From assembly GCA_036380775.1 (NCBI GenBank), contig DASVED010000023.1:1-45163 (forward strand): a stretch of 45,163 bases of DNA, given 5' to 3'. The translations under genes and the position numbers were made by a program. Below, one piece after another: positions 1 to 7,937 of the stretch; within the stretch, counting starts at the first letter, position 1, and each line of letters opens with the position of its first letter. This stretch comes from Actinomycetes bacterium (GTDB lineage: Bacteria; Actinomycetota; Actinomycetes; JACCUZ01). The notes under the pieces were generated by a model that had not been told where the DNA came from, searched no databases, and was given only the letters and a program-made list of their open reading frames with translations.

Positions 1-1
1 C

Positions 2-277
2 CCGTTCGACGACGAGTCCGATGCCGTCCGCATCGCCAACGACTCACGCTACGGCCTGTCGGGCTCGATCTGGACGGAGAACCTCGGCCGAGCAATTCGC
101 GTCTCACGCGCCGTCGAGGCGGGCAACCTCAGCGTCAACTCGCACTCGTCGGTCCGCTACTGGACGCCTTTCGGTGGATTCAAGCAGTCCGGACTGGGCC
201 GCGAGCTCGGCCCCGACGCGCTGGACGCGTTCACCGAGGTCAAGAACGTGTTCATCGCCACGGAGGAGGTGCCGTGA
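2..277 (+). CDS. aldehyde dehydrogenase family protein, C-terminal fragment (5' end outside window)
   Basis: Frame 2 is open from the window edge. It reads PFDDESDAVRIANDSRYGLSGSIWTENLGRAIRVSRAVEAGNLSVNSHS...FGGFKQSGLGRELG, a typical ALDH C-terminus. The TGA at 275-277 overlaps the next GTG (GTGA). Confidence 0.8.
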   Translation, partial: PFDDESDAVRIANDSRYGLSGSIWTENLGRAIRVSRAVEAGNLSVNSHSSVRYWTPFGGFKQSGLGRELGPDALDAFTEVKNVFIATEEVP

Positions 278-1041
278 CCGAGCGACTGCACGAGCGCGTC
301 GCGGTCGTGACCGGAGCCGGAAGCGGCATCGGGCTCGCAACGGCGCGTCGGCTGGCCCAGGAAGGCGCTCACGTCGTCTGCGCCGACTACGACGACGAGG
401 CCGGCGCAACCGCTGCGCAGGAGGTCGGGGGTCTGTTCGTGAAGGTTGACGTTGCGGTCGAGGACCAGGTCGAGGCTCTCTACGCGCGGACGGTCGAGGC
501 ATACGGCTCAGTGGACATCGCCTTCAACAACGCGGGTATCTCGCCGCCCGAGGACGACTCGATCCTCGAGACCGGGCTGACGGCGTGGGAGCGGGTGCAG
601 CTGGTGAACCTCACGTCGGTCTACCTCTGCTGCCGGTTCGTGATCCCCCACATGCAGCGGCAGGGCAAGGGGTCGATCATCAACACTGCCTCCTTCGTGG
701 CCCTGATGGGTGCCGCCACGTCACAAATCTCCTACACCGCCTCCAAGGGCGGCGTGCTGGCCATGTCCCGCGAGCTCGGCGTGCAGTTCGCCCGCGAGGG
801 GATCCGGGTCAACGCACTCTGCCCCGGCCCGGTCAACACCCCGCTGCTCCAGGAGCTCTTCGCCAAGGACCCGGAGCGTGCCGAGAGACGCCTGGTGCAC
901 ATCCCGATTGGTCGGTTCGCCGAGCCGGAGGAGATCGCGGCCGCCGTGGCCTTCCTGGCCAGTGACGACGCCGCCTTCGTCACCGCCTCGACCTTCGTGG
1001 TGGACGGCGGTATATCCGGCGCCTACGTCACTCCGCTCTGA
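274..1041 (+). CDS. short-chain dehydrogenase/reductase (SDR, 3-oxoacyl-ACP reductase-like)
   Basis: 255-aa ORF with the N-terminal cofactor motif VVTGAGSGIG, NNAG, and the catalytic YTASK (YxxxK). Confidence 0.9.
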   Translation: MTERLHERVAVVTGAGSGIGLATARRLAQEGAHVVCADYDDEAGATAAQEVGGLFVKVDVAVEDQVEALYARTVEAYGSVDIAFNNAGISPPEDDSILETGLTAWERVQLVNLTSVYLCCRFVIPHMQRQGKGSIINTASFVALMGAATSQISYTASKGGVLAMSRELGVQFAREGIRVNALCPGPVNTPLLQELFAKDPERAERRLVHIPIGRFAEPEEIAAAVAFLASDDAAFVTASTFVVDGGISGAYVTPL

Positions 1042-1066
1042 ACCCCGAGTTTCTTGATTACGGCAG

Positions 1067-1279
1067 TCAGCCGCGCGCCCCGACCCGCAGGCCGGACAGC
1101 AGCTCGCGGGTCGCGTCGGTGACCTCGGCGACGGCCCGGTCGAACACCTCGGAGTTGGCCGGGCTGGGGGAGCGGAAGCCGCTGACCTTGCGAACGTACT
1201 GCAGCGCTGCAGCACGCAGGTCGTCGTCGACGACCTCCTCGGTGAACGGCGGGCGGAGGGTCTTGATGCTGCGGCACAT
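1067..1279 (-). CDS. DUF2277-like small conserved protein
   Basis: MCRSIKTLRPPFTEEV...AAALQYVRKVSGFRSPSPANSEVFDRAV resembles the DUF2277 family as I remember it. The ORF is open to 1300; I chose the ATG giving the MCR N-terminus. Confidence 0.6.
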   Translation of the reverse strand: MCRSIKTLRPPFTEEVVDDDLRAAALQYVRKVSGFRSPSPANSEVFDRAVAEVTDATRELLSGLRVGARG

Positions 1280-1303
1280 GGTGCCGAGCGTAGGCGTCAT
1301 TGC

Positions 1304-1972
1304 TCAGTCCCGCCGGAACCACAGCAGGTAGTCACCGGCGTGCCCGGGCGGGTGCCGGTCCCAGCAGAGGAACGTCTCGCCCCGGAAGCTCAGGTGCTCC
1401 GAGACAGCCCGGCCGACGTCCCACGCCAGCGGCGTCACGCTGTCACCGGACACCAGGTTCGCGACGTTGACGACGGCGTGCCCGCCCGGTCGCAGCAGGG
1501 TCGCCACCTGGGCGAAGACCGCTGAGATCTCGCGGAGGTAGGTCGGGTAGTCGCCGTCGTCGGTGGCGTAGCCGGTGAGCGGGTTCTCCGGGTGCCCGAC
1601 CGTCGTCATGTACGGCGGCGAGGTGAGCACCAGGTCCACCGGGCCGTCCACGAGCTCGGTGAGGTGCCGCGCGTCGCCCTGGACCACCCGCGCGGCGTCA
1701 CCGGCCCGGGCCCGGGCGACCGCGACGTGCTCGGCCAGCAGCTCGACCCCGACCGCCTGGCGGCCCATGCGCCCCGCGACGGCGAGGGTGGTGCCGTAGC
1801 CGGCGAACGGGTCGAGCACGAGGTCACCCGTCCGGCTGGCGTCCTCGACGACGGCCGCGGCGAGCGACTCGGTGAAGTGCACGTCGTCGGTCTGCCCGTC
1901 CGGGCGCTGCGCATCCAGCTCGTCGGCCCGCAGCAGCAGGTAGGGCTTCACCCTCGCGTCACCCGACCGCAC
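1304..1972 (-). CDS. SAM-dependent methyltransferase with N6/N4 DNA-methylase-type motifs (orphan)
   Basis: Motif I VLDPFAGYGTT is followed about 65 aa later by motif IV LTSPPY. No restriction endonuclease gene is nearby. Overlaps the upstream gene by 14 nt. Confidence 0.8.
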   Translation of the reverse strand: MRSGDARVKPYLLLRADELDAQRPDGQTDDVHFTESLAAAVVEDASRTGDLVLDPFAGYGTTLAVAGRMGRQAVGVELLAEHVAVARARAGDAARVVQGDARHLTELVDGPVDLVLTSPPYMTTVGHPENPLTGYATDDGDYPTYLREISAVFAQVATLLRPGGHAVVNVANLVSGDSVTPLAWDVGRAVSEHLSFRGETFLCWDRHPPGHAGDYLLWFRRD

Positions 1973-2687
1973 GGACCAGCGCCTCGAACAGCCGCAGGTC
2001 GTCGCCCGCCTCCGGGTGCCAGAGGACGCCGAGCACGAACCGCCGGTCGGGGTCCTCGACCACCTCGGGGGTGTCGTCGTCCGCCCAGCCGGTGACCGTC
2101 AGCGAGCCGGGCGACGCGATCCCCTGGTGGTGGTAGGACGGCACGCTGACCCGGTCGCCGAGGATGTCGTGGGCCCGGCTGCCGGGGTCGAGCCGCACCT
2201 CGTGCAGCCCGTAGACGCCGTCGGCCGGCCGGTGCCGCTCGTGACCCACGGCGTCGGGCAGGTGCTGGACCAGCGAGCCGCCACGCACCACCGACAGCAG
2301 TTGCATGCCCCGGCAGATCCCGAGCGTCGGCAGGTCCCGCTCGAGGACCGCGCGCATCAGGGGCAGCTCGGCCGCGTCCCGCTCCGGCCGCAGCCCGGTC
2401 GTCTCGGCGTGCGGCTCCTCGCCGTACAAGGCGGGGTCCAGGTCCGCGCCGCCGGCGAAGACGACCGCGTCGAGGCGGTCAAGAACCGAGTCGTCGGAGT
2501 CGCCCGTGGCAGCGGTCGGCGGGAGGACCACCGCGCGGCCACCTGCGGCCTCCACCCGCTCGACGTAGCGGAACGGCAGCACGGCGGCGGGGACGTCCCA
2601 GACGCCCCACCTGGCCTGCTCGACGTAGGAGGTGATGCCGACGACGGGAGCCACGCCGCCATGCTGACAGGTGGTGCGGGTCCACAT
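1959..2687 (-). CDS. class I glutamine amidotransferase / gamma-glutamyl hydrolase (peptidase C26 family)
   Basis: Nucleophile elbow GICRGMQLL and a downstream HHQ. An alternative GTG start at 2654 gives VAPVVGITSY. Confidence 0.85.
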   Translation of the reverse strand: MWTRTTCQHGGVAPVVGITSYVEQARWGVWDVPAAVLPFRYVERVEAAGGRAVVLPPTAATGDSDDSVLDRLDAVVFAGGADLDPALYGEEPHAETTGLRPERDAAELPLMRAVLERDLPTLGICRGMQLLSVVRGGSLVQHLPDAVGHERHRPADGVYGLHEVRLDPGSRAHDILGDRVSVPSYHHQGIASPGSLTVTGWADDDTPEVVEDPDRRFVLGVLWHPEAGDDLRLFEALVRAVG

Positions 2688-2766
2688 GCTGGGGCCCGGG
2701 AATCCCGACGGGGGCGGACCAGGTTCACTAGATGTTCAGCGCATTCCGTCACCCGGAGGCCAGACC

Positions 2767-3954
2767 GTGTCCTTGCCCGCCCTCGTGGAGCCCGCCAGCG
2801 AGCTCACTGTCGACGAGGTCCGCCGGTACTCCCGGCACCTGATCATCCCCGACGTCGGCATGACCGGCCAGAAGCGGCTGAAGAACGCCAAAGTGCTCGT
2901 CGTGGGCGCCGGCGGGCTCGGCTCGCCCGCGCTGCTCTACCTGGCCGCCGCCGGAGTCGGGACTCTCGGCATCATCGACTTCGACGTCGTCGACGAGTCG
3001 AACCTGCAGCGCCAGATCATTCACGGCCAGTCCGACATCGGGAAGCCGAAGGCGGTCAGCGCCAAGGAGTCGATCGAGGAGGCCAACCCGTTCGTGGAGG
3101 TCGTGCTCCACGAGGAGCGGCTGGACTCGACGAACGTCTTCGAGATCTTCGAGCCGTACGACCTGATCGTCGACGGCACCGACAACTTCGCGACCCGGTA
3201 CCTGGTCAACGACGCGGCCGTCCTGATGGGCAAGCCCTACGTCTGGGGCTCGATCTACCGCTTCGACGGCCAGGCGTCGGTGTTCTGGGCGGAGCACGGG
3301 CCGTGCTACCGCTGCCTCTACCCCGAGCCCCCGCCCCCTGGCATGGTGCCGTCCTGCGCGGAGGGTGGAGTGCTCGGTGTGCTCTGTGCCTCGATCGGGT
3401 CCATCCAGGTCAACGAGGCCATCAAGCTGCTGACCGGTATCGGCGACCCGCTCGTCGGCCGGCTGATGGTCTACGACGCGCTGGAGATGCAGTACCGCAG
3501 CGTCCAGGTGCGCAAGGACCCGGAGTGCCCGGTCTGCGGCAAGGACCCGCAGATCACGCTGGAGACCGGACTCATCGACTACGACGCGTTCTGCGGAACG
3601 ATCAGCGACGAGGCGGCCGAGGCGGCGAGGGGGTCCACGATCTCGGTCAAGGACCTCAAGGAGATGATCGACGCCGGCAAGGACTTCTACCTCGTCGACG
3701 TCCGCGAGCCCAACGAGTTCGAGATCGTGTCGATCCCGGGGGCCACGCTGATCCCCAAGGACCGCATCCTCTCCGGCGAGGCGCTCGCCGAGCTGCCGCA
3801 GGACAAGCCCGTCGTGCTGCACTGCAAGACGGGGGCGCGGTCGGCGGAGACGTTGGCCGTGCTCAAGGGGGCAGGGTTCTCCGACGCCGTGCACGTCGGC
3901 GGTGGGGTCATCGCCTGGGCCAACCAGGTCGACCCGTCGCTGCCCACGTACTGA
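2767..3954 (+). CDS. moeZ: adenylyltransferase/sulfurtransferase MoeZ (MoeB/ThiF domain fused to rhodanese)
   Basis: YSRHLIIPDVGMTGQKRL, VVGAGGLGSP, IIDFDVVDESNLQRQ, CYRC and CPVC pairs, and a C-terminal rhodanese loop HCKTGARS. GTG 2767 is preceded by GGAGG at 2755-2759; the track ORF start at 2671 is probably too early. Confidence 0.9.
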   Translation: MSLPALVEPASELTVDEVRRYSRHLIIPDVGMTGQKRLKNAKVLVVGAGGLGSPALLYLAAAGVGTLGIIDFDVVDESNLQRQIIHGQSDIGKPKAVSAKESIEEANPFVEVVLHEERLDSTNVFEIFEPYDLIVDGTDNFATRYLVNDAAVLMGKPYVWGSIYRFDGQASVFWAEHGPCYRCLYPEPPPPGMVPSCAEGGVLGVLCASIGSIQVNEAIKLLTGIGDPLVGRLMVYDALEMQYRSVQVRKDPECPVCGKDPQITLETGLIDYDAFCGTISDEAAEAARGSTISVKDLKEMIDAGKDFYLVDVREPNEFEIVSIPGATLIPKDRILSGEALAELPQDKPVVLHCKTGARSAETLAVLKGAGFSDAVHVGGGVIAWANQVDPSLPTY

Positions 3955-4280
3955 TGACAGAGCCTTCAGTCGAGGTCCGGGACGCGCCGGCCAGGCATCG
4001 GTTCGAGATCCTGGTCGACGGTCAGGTCGCCGGCTTCGCGAGGTACCAGCTCGAGGGCGGCAGCGTCGCGTTCGTGCACACCGAGGTCGACGACGCGTAC
4101 GAGGGCAAGGGGCTCGGCTCGCTGCTGGTGCGTGCAGCGCTGCAGCAGGTGGCCGAGCGGGGAGCAGCCGTCCTGCCGTACTGCCCGTTCGTCCGCGCCT
4201 ACCTCCAGCGGCACCGGGACCTGACGCGCCTGGTTCCCGCCGACCGACGCTCTGAGTTCGCCCTGGACCGCTCCGCCTAG
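3954..4280 (+). CDS. small GNAT-family N-acetyltransferase (YjdJ-like)
   Basis: MTEPSVEVRDAPARHRFEILVDGQVAGFARYQLEGGSVAFVHTEVDDAYEGKGLGSLLV...PYCPFV. It is the tail of the spurious 2016..4280 ORF. Its ATG overlaps the moeZ stop (TGATG). Confidence 0.8.
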   Translation: MTEPSVEVRDAPARHRFEILVDGQVAGFARYQLEGGSVAFVHTEVDDAYEGKGLGSLLVRAALQQVAERGAAVLPYCPFVRAYLQRHRDLTRLVPADRRSEFALDRSA

Positions 4281-4295
4281 CACCATGCTGGCCAC

Positions 4296-4610
4296 GTGCA
4301 TGCTGACGTCGTGGCGACGGAGGACTTCGACGAGGCGGTGCAGGCTGTCGTGCGCAGGATCCCGCCGGGGCGCGTCATGTCCTACGGCGACGTGGCGGAG
4401 TACCTCGGCACGGGCGGGCCGCGCCAGGTCGGCGCCGTGATGTCGCGAGGGGGCGGTGACCTGCCGTGGTGGCGGGTCATCCGCGCCGACGGGTCACCGC
4501 CCCCGGGCCACGAGACGGAGTGCCTGGCCGCACAGCGTGCGGAGGGGACGCCGATGCGCGACGACGGGACCCGGGTCGACATGCGCCGCGCCCGCTGGGA
4601 CGGCCGGTAG
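4296..4610 (+). CDS. alkyltransferase-like (ATL) protein, MGMT DNA-binding-domain family without the acceptor cysteine
   Basis: VMSYGDVAEYLG...PWWRVIRADG: Trp occupies the position of the Cys in the MGMT PCHRV motif, as in ATL proteins. Confidence 0.8.
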   Translation: MHADVVATEDFDEAVQAVVRRIPPGRVMSYGDVAEYLGTGGPRQVGAVMSRGGGDLPWWRVIRADGSPPPGHETECLAAQRAEGTPMRDDGTRVDMRRARWDGR

Positions 4611-4665
4611 CCCCTCCTGGAAGATGGGTGACAAGAAGATCACCGACACGGGGAGGGCAAGGACG

Positions 4666-4761
4666 ATGGCAGTCGCCGAAGCGGTCATGGTCGTCGCGAT
4701 CCTGGTGGCACCCCTGGTGCTCGGGTTCGCCGCCGGGGCGACCGGGGCTCGTCGGGTCTGA
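4666..4761 (+). CDS. possible 31-aa single-pass membrane peptide
   Basis: GGGAGGG at 4651-4657, 8 nt before the ATG. The product MAVAEAVMVVAILVAPLVLGFAAGATGARRV is one hydrophobic helix. A longer version could start at ATG 4624. Confidence 0.3.
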   Translation: MAVAEAVMVVAILVAPLVLGFAAGATGARRV

Positions 4762-4799
4762 GCCGTCCGGGCCGCTGCGGGCGGGGTACGGTCGCCCGC

Positions 4800-6101
4800 A
4801 TGCCTTCGACGATCGCCGTCCCGTCAACCTCGCACGCGGTGGAGCGCGCGACGCTCGACAACGGCCTGCGCGTCGTTCTGGCACCGGACCGGTCGGCGCC
4901 GGTCGTGGCCGTCGCGGTGTACTACGACGTCGGCATCCGCTCCGAGCCCGAGGGACGCACCGGCTTCGCCCACCTGTTCGAGCACCTGATGTTCCAGGGG
5001 TCGGCTTCCCTGGAGAAGATGGAGCACGTCAAGTACGTGCAGTCCTCGGGGGGCACGCTCAACGGCTCGACCCGGCTCGACTACACCAACTACTTCGAGG
5101 CCCTGCCGTCGCATGCCCTGGAGCGCGCCCTGTTCCTGGAGGCCGACCGGATGCGGTCGCCCCGGGTGACCGAGGAGAACCTCGCGAACCAGATCTCCGT
5201 GGTGAAGGAGGAGATCCGCGTCAACGTGCTCAACCAGCCCTACGGCGGGTTCCCCTGGCTGACCCTTCCGCCGGTGCTGTTCGAGACGTTCCCGAACGCC
5301 CACAACGGCTACGGCGGGTTCGAGGACCTGGAGAGCGCGACGGTCGCGGACGCGCAGGACTTCTTCGACCGCTACTACGCGCCGGGCAACGCCGTCCTGG
5401 TGCTCGGTGGGGACCTCGACCCGGCGGAGGCACTGCAGCTCGTGGAGCGGCACTTCGGCGACGTACCGGCTCGCGCCGTGCCTGCCCGGCCGGACTTCGA
5501 CGAGCCACCGCCCGACCGCGAGAAGCGCGGCGAGCAGGTCGACCCGCAGGCGCCGGCGCCGGCGATCGCGCTGGGCTGGCGGGTGCCCGATCCCGCGGAC
5601 CTCGACGCCTACCTGCCGTACGTCGTCCTGTCGTCGACGCTGAGCACCGGTGACGCCTCCCGGCTGCGCCGGCGGCTGGTCCACGACGACCGGCTCGCGA
5701 CCGACATCGGCAGCCACCTCGGCCTGATGGAGGACCCGTTCGACGTGCGCAACCCGACGGCCTTCGTCGTCGAGGCGCACCACGGGGCCGACGTCGACGG
5801 CGACCGGGTCGTCACCGCGGTCGACGAGGAGCTGGACCGCCTGGCCGATGCCGGGATGGAGCTCGCCGAGCTGGAGCGGGTGCAGGCGCGGCTGGCGTCG
5901 GCTCTGCTCCAGGGCCAGGATCATGTCCTGGCGCGCACGCTGTCGATGGCCGCCTTCGAGCAGCAGCGGGGGCGGGCCGAGCTGGTCGGCGAGCTGCCGG
6001 CTCTCATCGCCGCGGTGACTCCCGAGCAGGTGCGGGCCGCCGCCGGGACGTTGCGTCCCGACGCGCGCGGACGGATCGATGTCGTGGCGGGCGCCACGTG
6101 A
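4800..6101 (+). CDS. M16 (pitrilysin/insulinase) family zinc peptidase, catalytic subunit
   Basis: Inverted zinc motif HLFEHLMFQG (HxxEH) near the N-terminus; 433 aa. Confidence 0.9.
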   Translation: MPSTIAVPSTSHAVERATLDNGLRVVLAPDRSAPVVAVAVYYDVGIRSEPEGRTGFAHLFEHLMFQGSASLEKMEHVKYVQSSGGTLNGSTRLDYTNYFEALPSHALERALFLEADRMRSPRVTEENLANQISVVKEEIRVNVLNQPYGGFPWLTLPPVLFETFPNAHNGYGGFEDLESATVADAQDFFDRYYAPGNAVLVLGGDLDPAEALQLVERHFGDVPARAVPARPDFDEPPPDREKRGEQVDPQAPAPAIALGWRVPDPADLDAYLPYVVLSSTLSTGDASRLRRRLVHDDRLATDIGSHLGLMEDPFDVRNPTAFVVEAHHGADVDGDRVVTAVDEELDRLADAGMELAELERVQARLASALLQGQDHVLARTLSMAAFEQQRGRAELVGELPALIAAVTPEQVRAAAGTLRPDARGRIDVVAGAT

Positions 6102-7432
6102 CGGCCGTGGAGACGCCGCGGAGCGTCCCGGGCCTGGGCCGGCTGCGCCGGGCCAAGCTCCCGACGGTCGCGGAGCGGGTGCTGCCCAGCGGGTTGCGGG
6201 TGGTGGCCGTCCGGCGGCCCAGCGTGCCGGTGGTGCACCTCCGGCTGCGGGTGCCGACGGCGGTGCGCCGGGACACCGACCTCGCCAAGGCCGGGCTGCT
6301 CGAGCACACGATGCTGCTCGGCACGGCCGACCGGTCGCAGTCGGAGATCGCCGACGCCCTGCAGCGGATCGGTGGGTCCCTGCGCGCGTCGAGCGACGCC
6401 GACCGGCTGGTGCTCGCGGGTGAGTGCCTGGCCCCTGGCCTGGCCGACCTGCTCGGGCTGCTGGCCGAGGTGCTGACGGAGGCGACCTACCCCCGCGACG
6501 AGGTGCAGCGGGAGGCCGGTCGCCTGGCGGACCTGCTGGGCCGTCGGCTCTCGCAGCCCGGGGTCGTCGCCGACGAGACCTGGCTGCGCCAGGCGTTCGG
6601 GAGCCACCCGTACGGTCGCGAGTACCCGTCGCCGGACGAGGTTCTGGCCGTGTCGCCGGCGTCGCTGCGCTCGGCCCACCGACGGCGCCTGGTCCCTGAG
6701 GGCTCGCTGCTCGTGCTGGTCGGCGACCTGAGCCCGGCCCGGGCTCTCGACCGGGTCGAGGGGGCGCTGTCGGGATGGGAGTCGGACGGCTCGGCGACGA
6801 CGGTGCCGAAGGTGCCCGCGATGGTGCCGGGTCCGCTGCGACTGGTCGACCGGCCCGGTGCGGTCCAGTCCAACCTGCGCATCGGCGGCCCCGCCCTGCC
6901 GCGGACGGACCCGGACCATCCGGCCCAGGAACTCGCCAACGCGGTGTTCGCCGGACCGTTCTCGTCCCGGCTGGTGCAGAACATCCGTGAGGACAAGGGC
7001 TACACCTACAGCCCGCGCAGCACCCTGCACCACAACGGCCGCGCGTCGTTCACCTTGCTGCAGGCCGATGTCGCGACCGAGGTGACGGCACCGGCTCTGG
7101 TGGAGGTGGGCTACGAGCTGGGCCGGATCGTCAGCCTCCCGCCGACCGAGGAGGAGCTGGGGTCGATGGCCCAGCACCTTGTCGGCGTCCTGGCGCTGTC
7201 TACCTCCACCCAGGCGGGACTGGCCGGCACGCTGACCGCCCTGCTGGCGGAGGGCCTGGACGTGTCATGGCTGCGCGAGCACCCGCGGCGGCTGCTGGCA
7301 GTGACGCCGGAGCAGGTGCACGCGGCCGCGCAGCGGATCCTGGCGCCGGCGACCCGGCTGACGACCGTCGTAGGCGACGCATCGGTCGTCGAAGGGCCGT
7401 TGCGCGGGTTGGGTGCCGTCGAGCTCGTCTGA
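6098..7432 (+). CDS. M16 family peptidase-like protein, non-catalytic partner
   Basis: Same length and architecture as the upstream gene, but the motif reads GLLEHTMLLG (first His lost). GTGA overlap with the upstream gene. Confidence 0.9.
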   Translation: MTAVETPRSVPGLGRLRRAKLPTVAERVLPSGLRVVAVRRPSVPVVHLRLRVPTAVRRDTDLAKAGLLEHTMLLGTADRSQSEIADALQRIGGSLRASSDADRLVLAGECLAPGLADLLGLLAEVLTEATYPRDEVQREAGRLADLLGRRLSQPGVVADETWLRQAFGSHPYGREYPSPDEVLAVSPASLRSAHRRRLVPEGSLLVLVGDLSPARALDRVEGALSGWESDGSATTVPKVPAMVPGPLRLVDRPGAVQSNLRIGGPALPRTDPDHPAQELANAVFAGPFSSRLVQNIREDKGYTYSPRSTLHHNGRASFTLLQADVATEVTAPALVEVGYELGRIVSLPPTEEELGSMAQHLVGVLALSTSTQAGLAGTLTALLAEGLDVSWLREHPRRLLAVTPEQVHAAAQRILAPATRLTTVVGDASVVEGPLRGLGAVELV

Positions 7433-7484
7433 CCTCGGCTCTAGCCTGGGCGGATGCGGCAGGCGCGCTCCGTGATGGGTCCCG

Positions 7485-7937
7485 ATGGCTGACGCCGGCG
7501 ACGTGCGCCGCCTCGCCCTGGCCCTTCCCGACGTGGTGGAGATCGAGAGCGACGGGTTCGACTTCCGGGTGGCTGACAAGGGCTTCGTGTGGTCCTATCC
7601 CGAGCGCCAGCCGGGCAAGCGGCGGGTGATCAGGACCGACGTCGCGGTGCTGTTCGTCGGTGACGAGGCGGAGAAGCAGGCTCTGCTGCTCGGCGAGCCC
7701 GAGGTCTTCTTCACCGCGCCGGGCTACGACGGCTCGCCATTGGTGATGTTGCGGCTGGCCGAGGTGGACGTCGACCGGCTCCGCGAGCTGGTGACCGACG
7801 CGTGGCGGATGCGCGCCCCCACCGCCATGGTCACGTCTCCGCCACCGGTTGATCCCGTGTCACCACGTCCTCCGGGACGCCGAGGCGCCGCGCCAGCCAG
7901 AGGAAGGGCAGGGCACAGGCCTGGAAGCCGGCGCTGA
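7485..7937 (+). CDS. MmcQ/YjbR family DNA-binding protein
   Basis: VRRLALALPDVVEIESDGFDFRVADKGFVW...FFTAPGYDGSPLVMLRLAEVDVDRLRELVTDAWR. The 3' end overlaps the convergent MFS gene by 107 nt. Confidence 0.7.
   Translation: MADAGDVRRLALALPDVVEIESDGFDFRVADKGFVWSYPERQPGKRRVIRTDVAVLFVGDEAEKQALLLGEPEVFFTAPGYDGSPLVMLRLAEVDVDRLRELVTDAWRMRAPTAMVTSPPPVDPVSPRPPGRRGAAPARGRAGHRPGSRR

Noticed and set aside
2681-2686. Isolated TCCACA or TGTGGA hexamers elsewhere in the window (for example 2681, 18688, 26191, 44420 and 45008), considered as further DnaA boxes.
   Set aside because: By eye the totals are about 7 per strand. Composition predicts about 6 per strand, so single copies are at chance level. Only the 34508-34648 cluster, and possibly the 12-nt-period pair at 31652-31672, stand out.
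2016-4280. A 754-aa plus-strand ORF, the longest call in this part of the track.
   Set aside because: Its product is Arg/Pro/Gly-rich and has no recognisable motifs. Its first part lies antisense to the amidotransferase gene, and the rest lies out of frame over moeZ. Only its last 108 codons (3954-4280) look like a real gene, the GNAT acetyltransferase.
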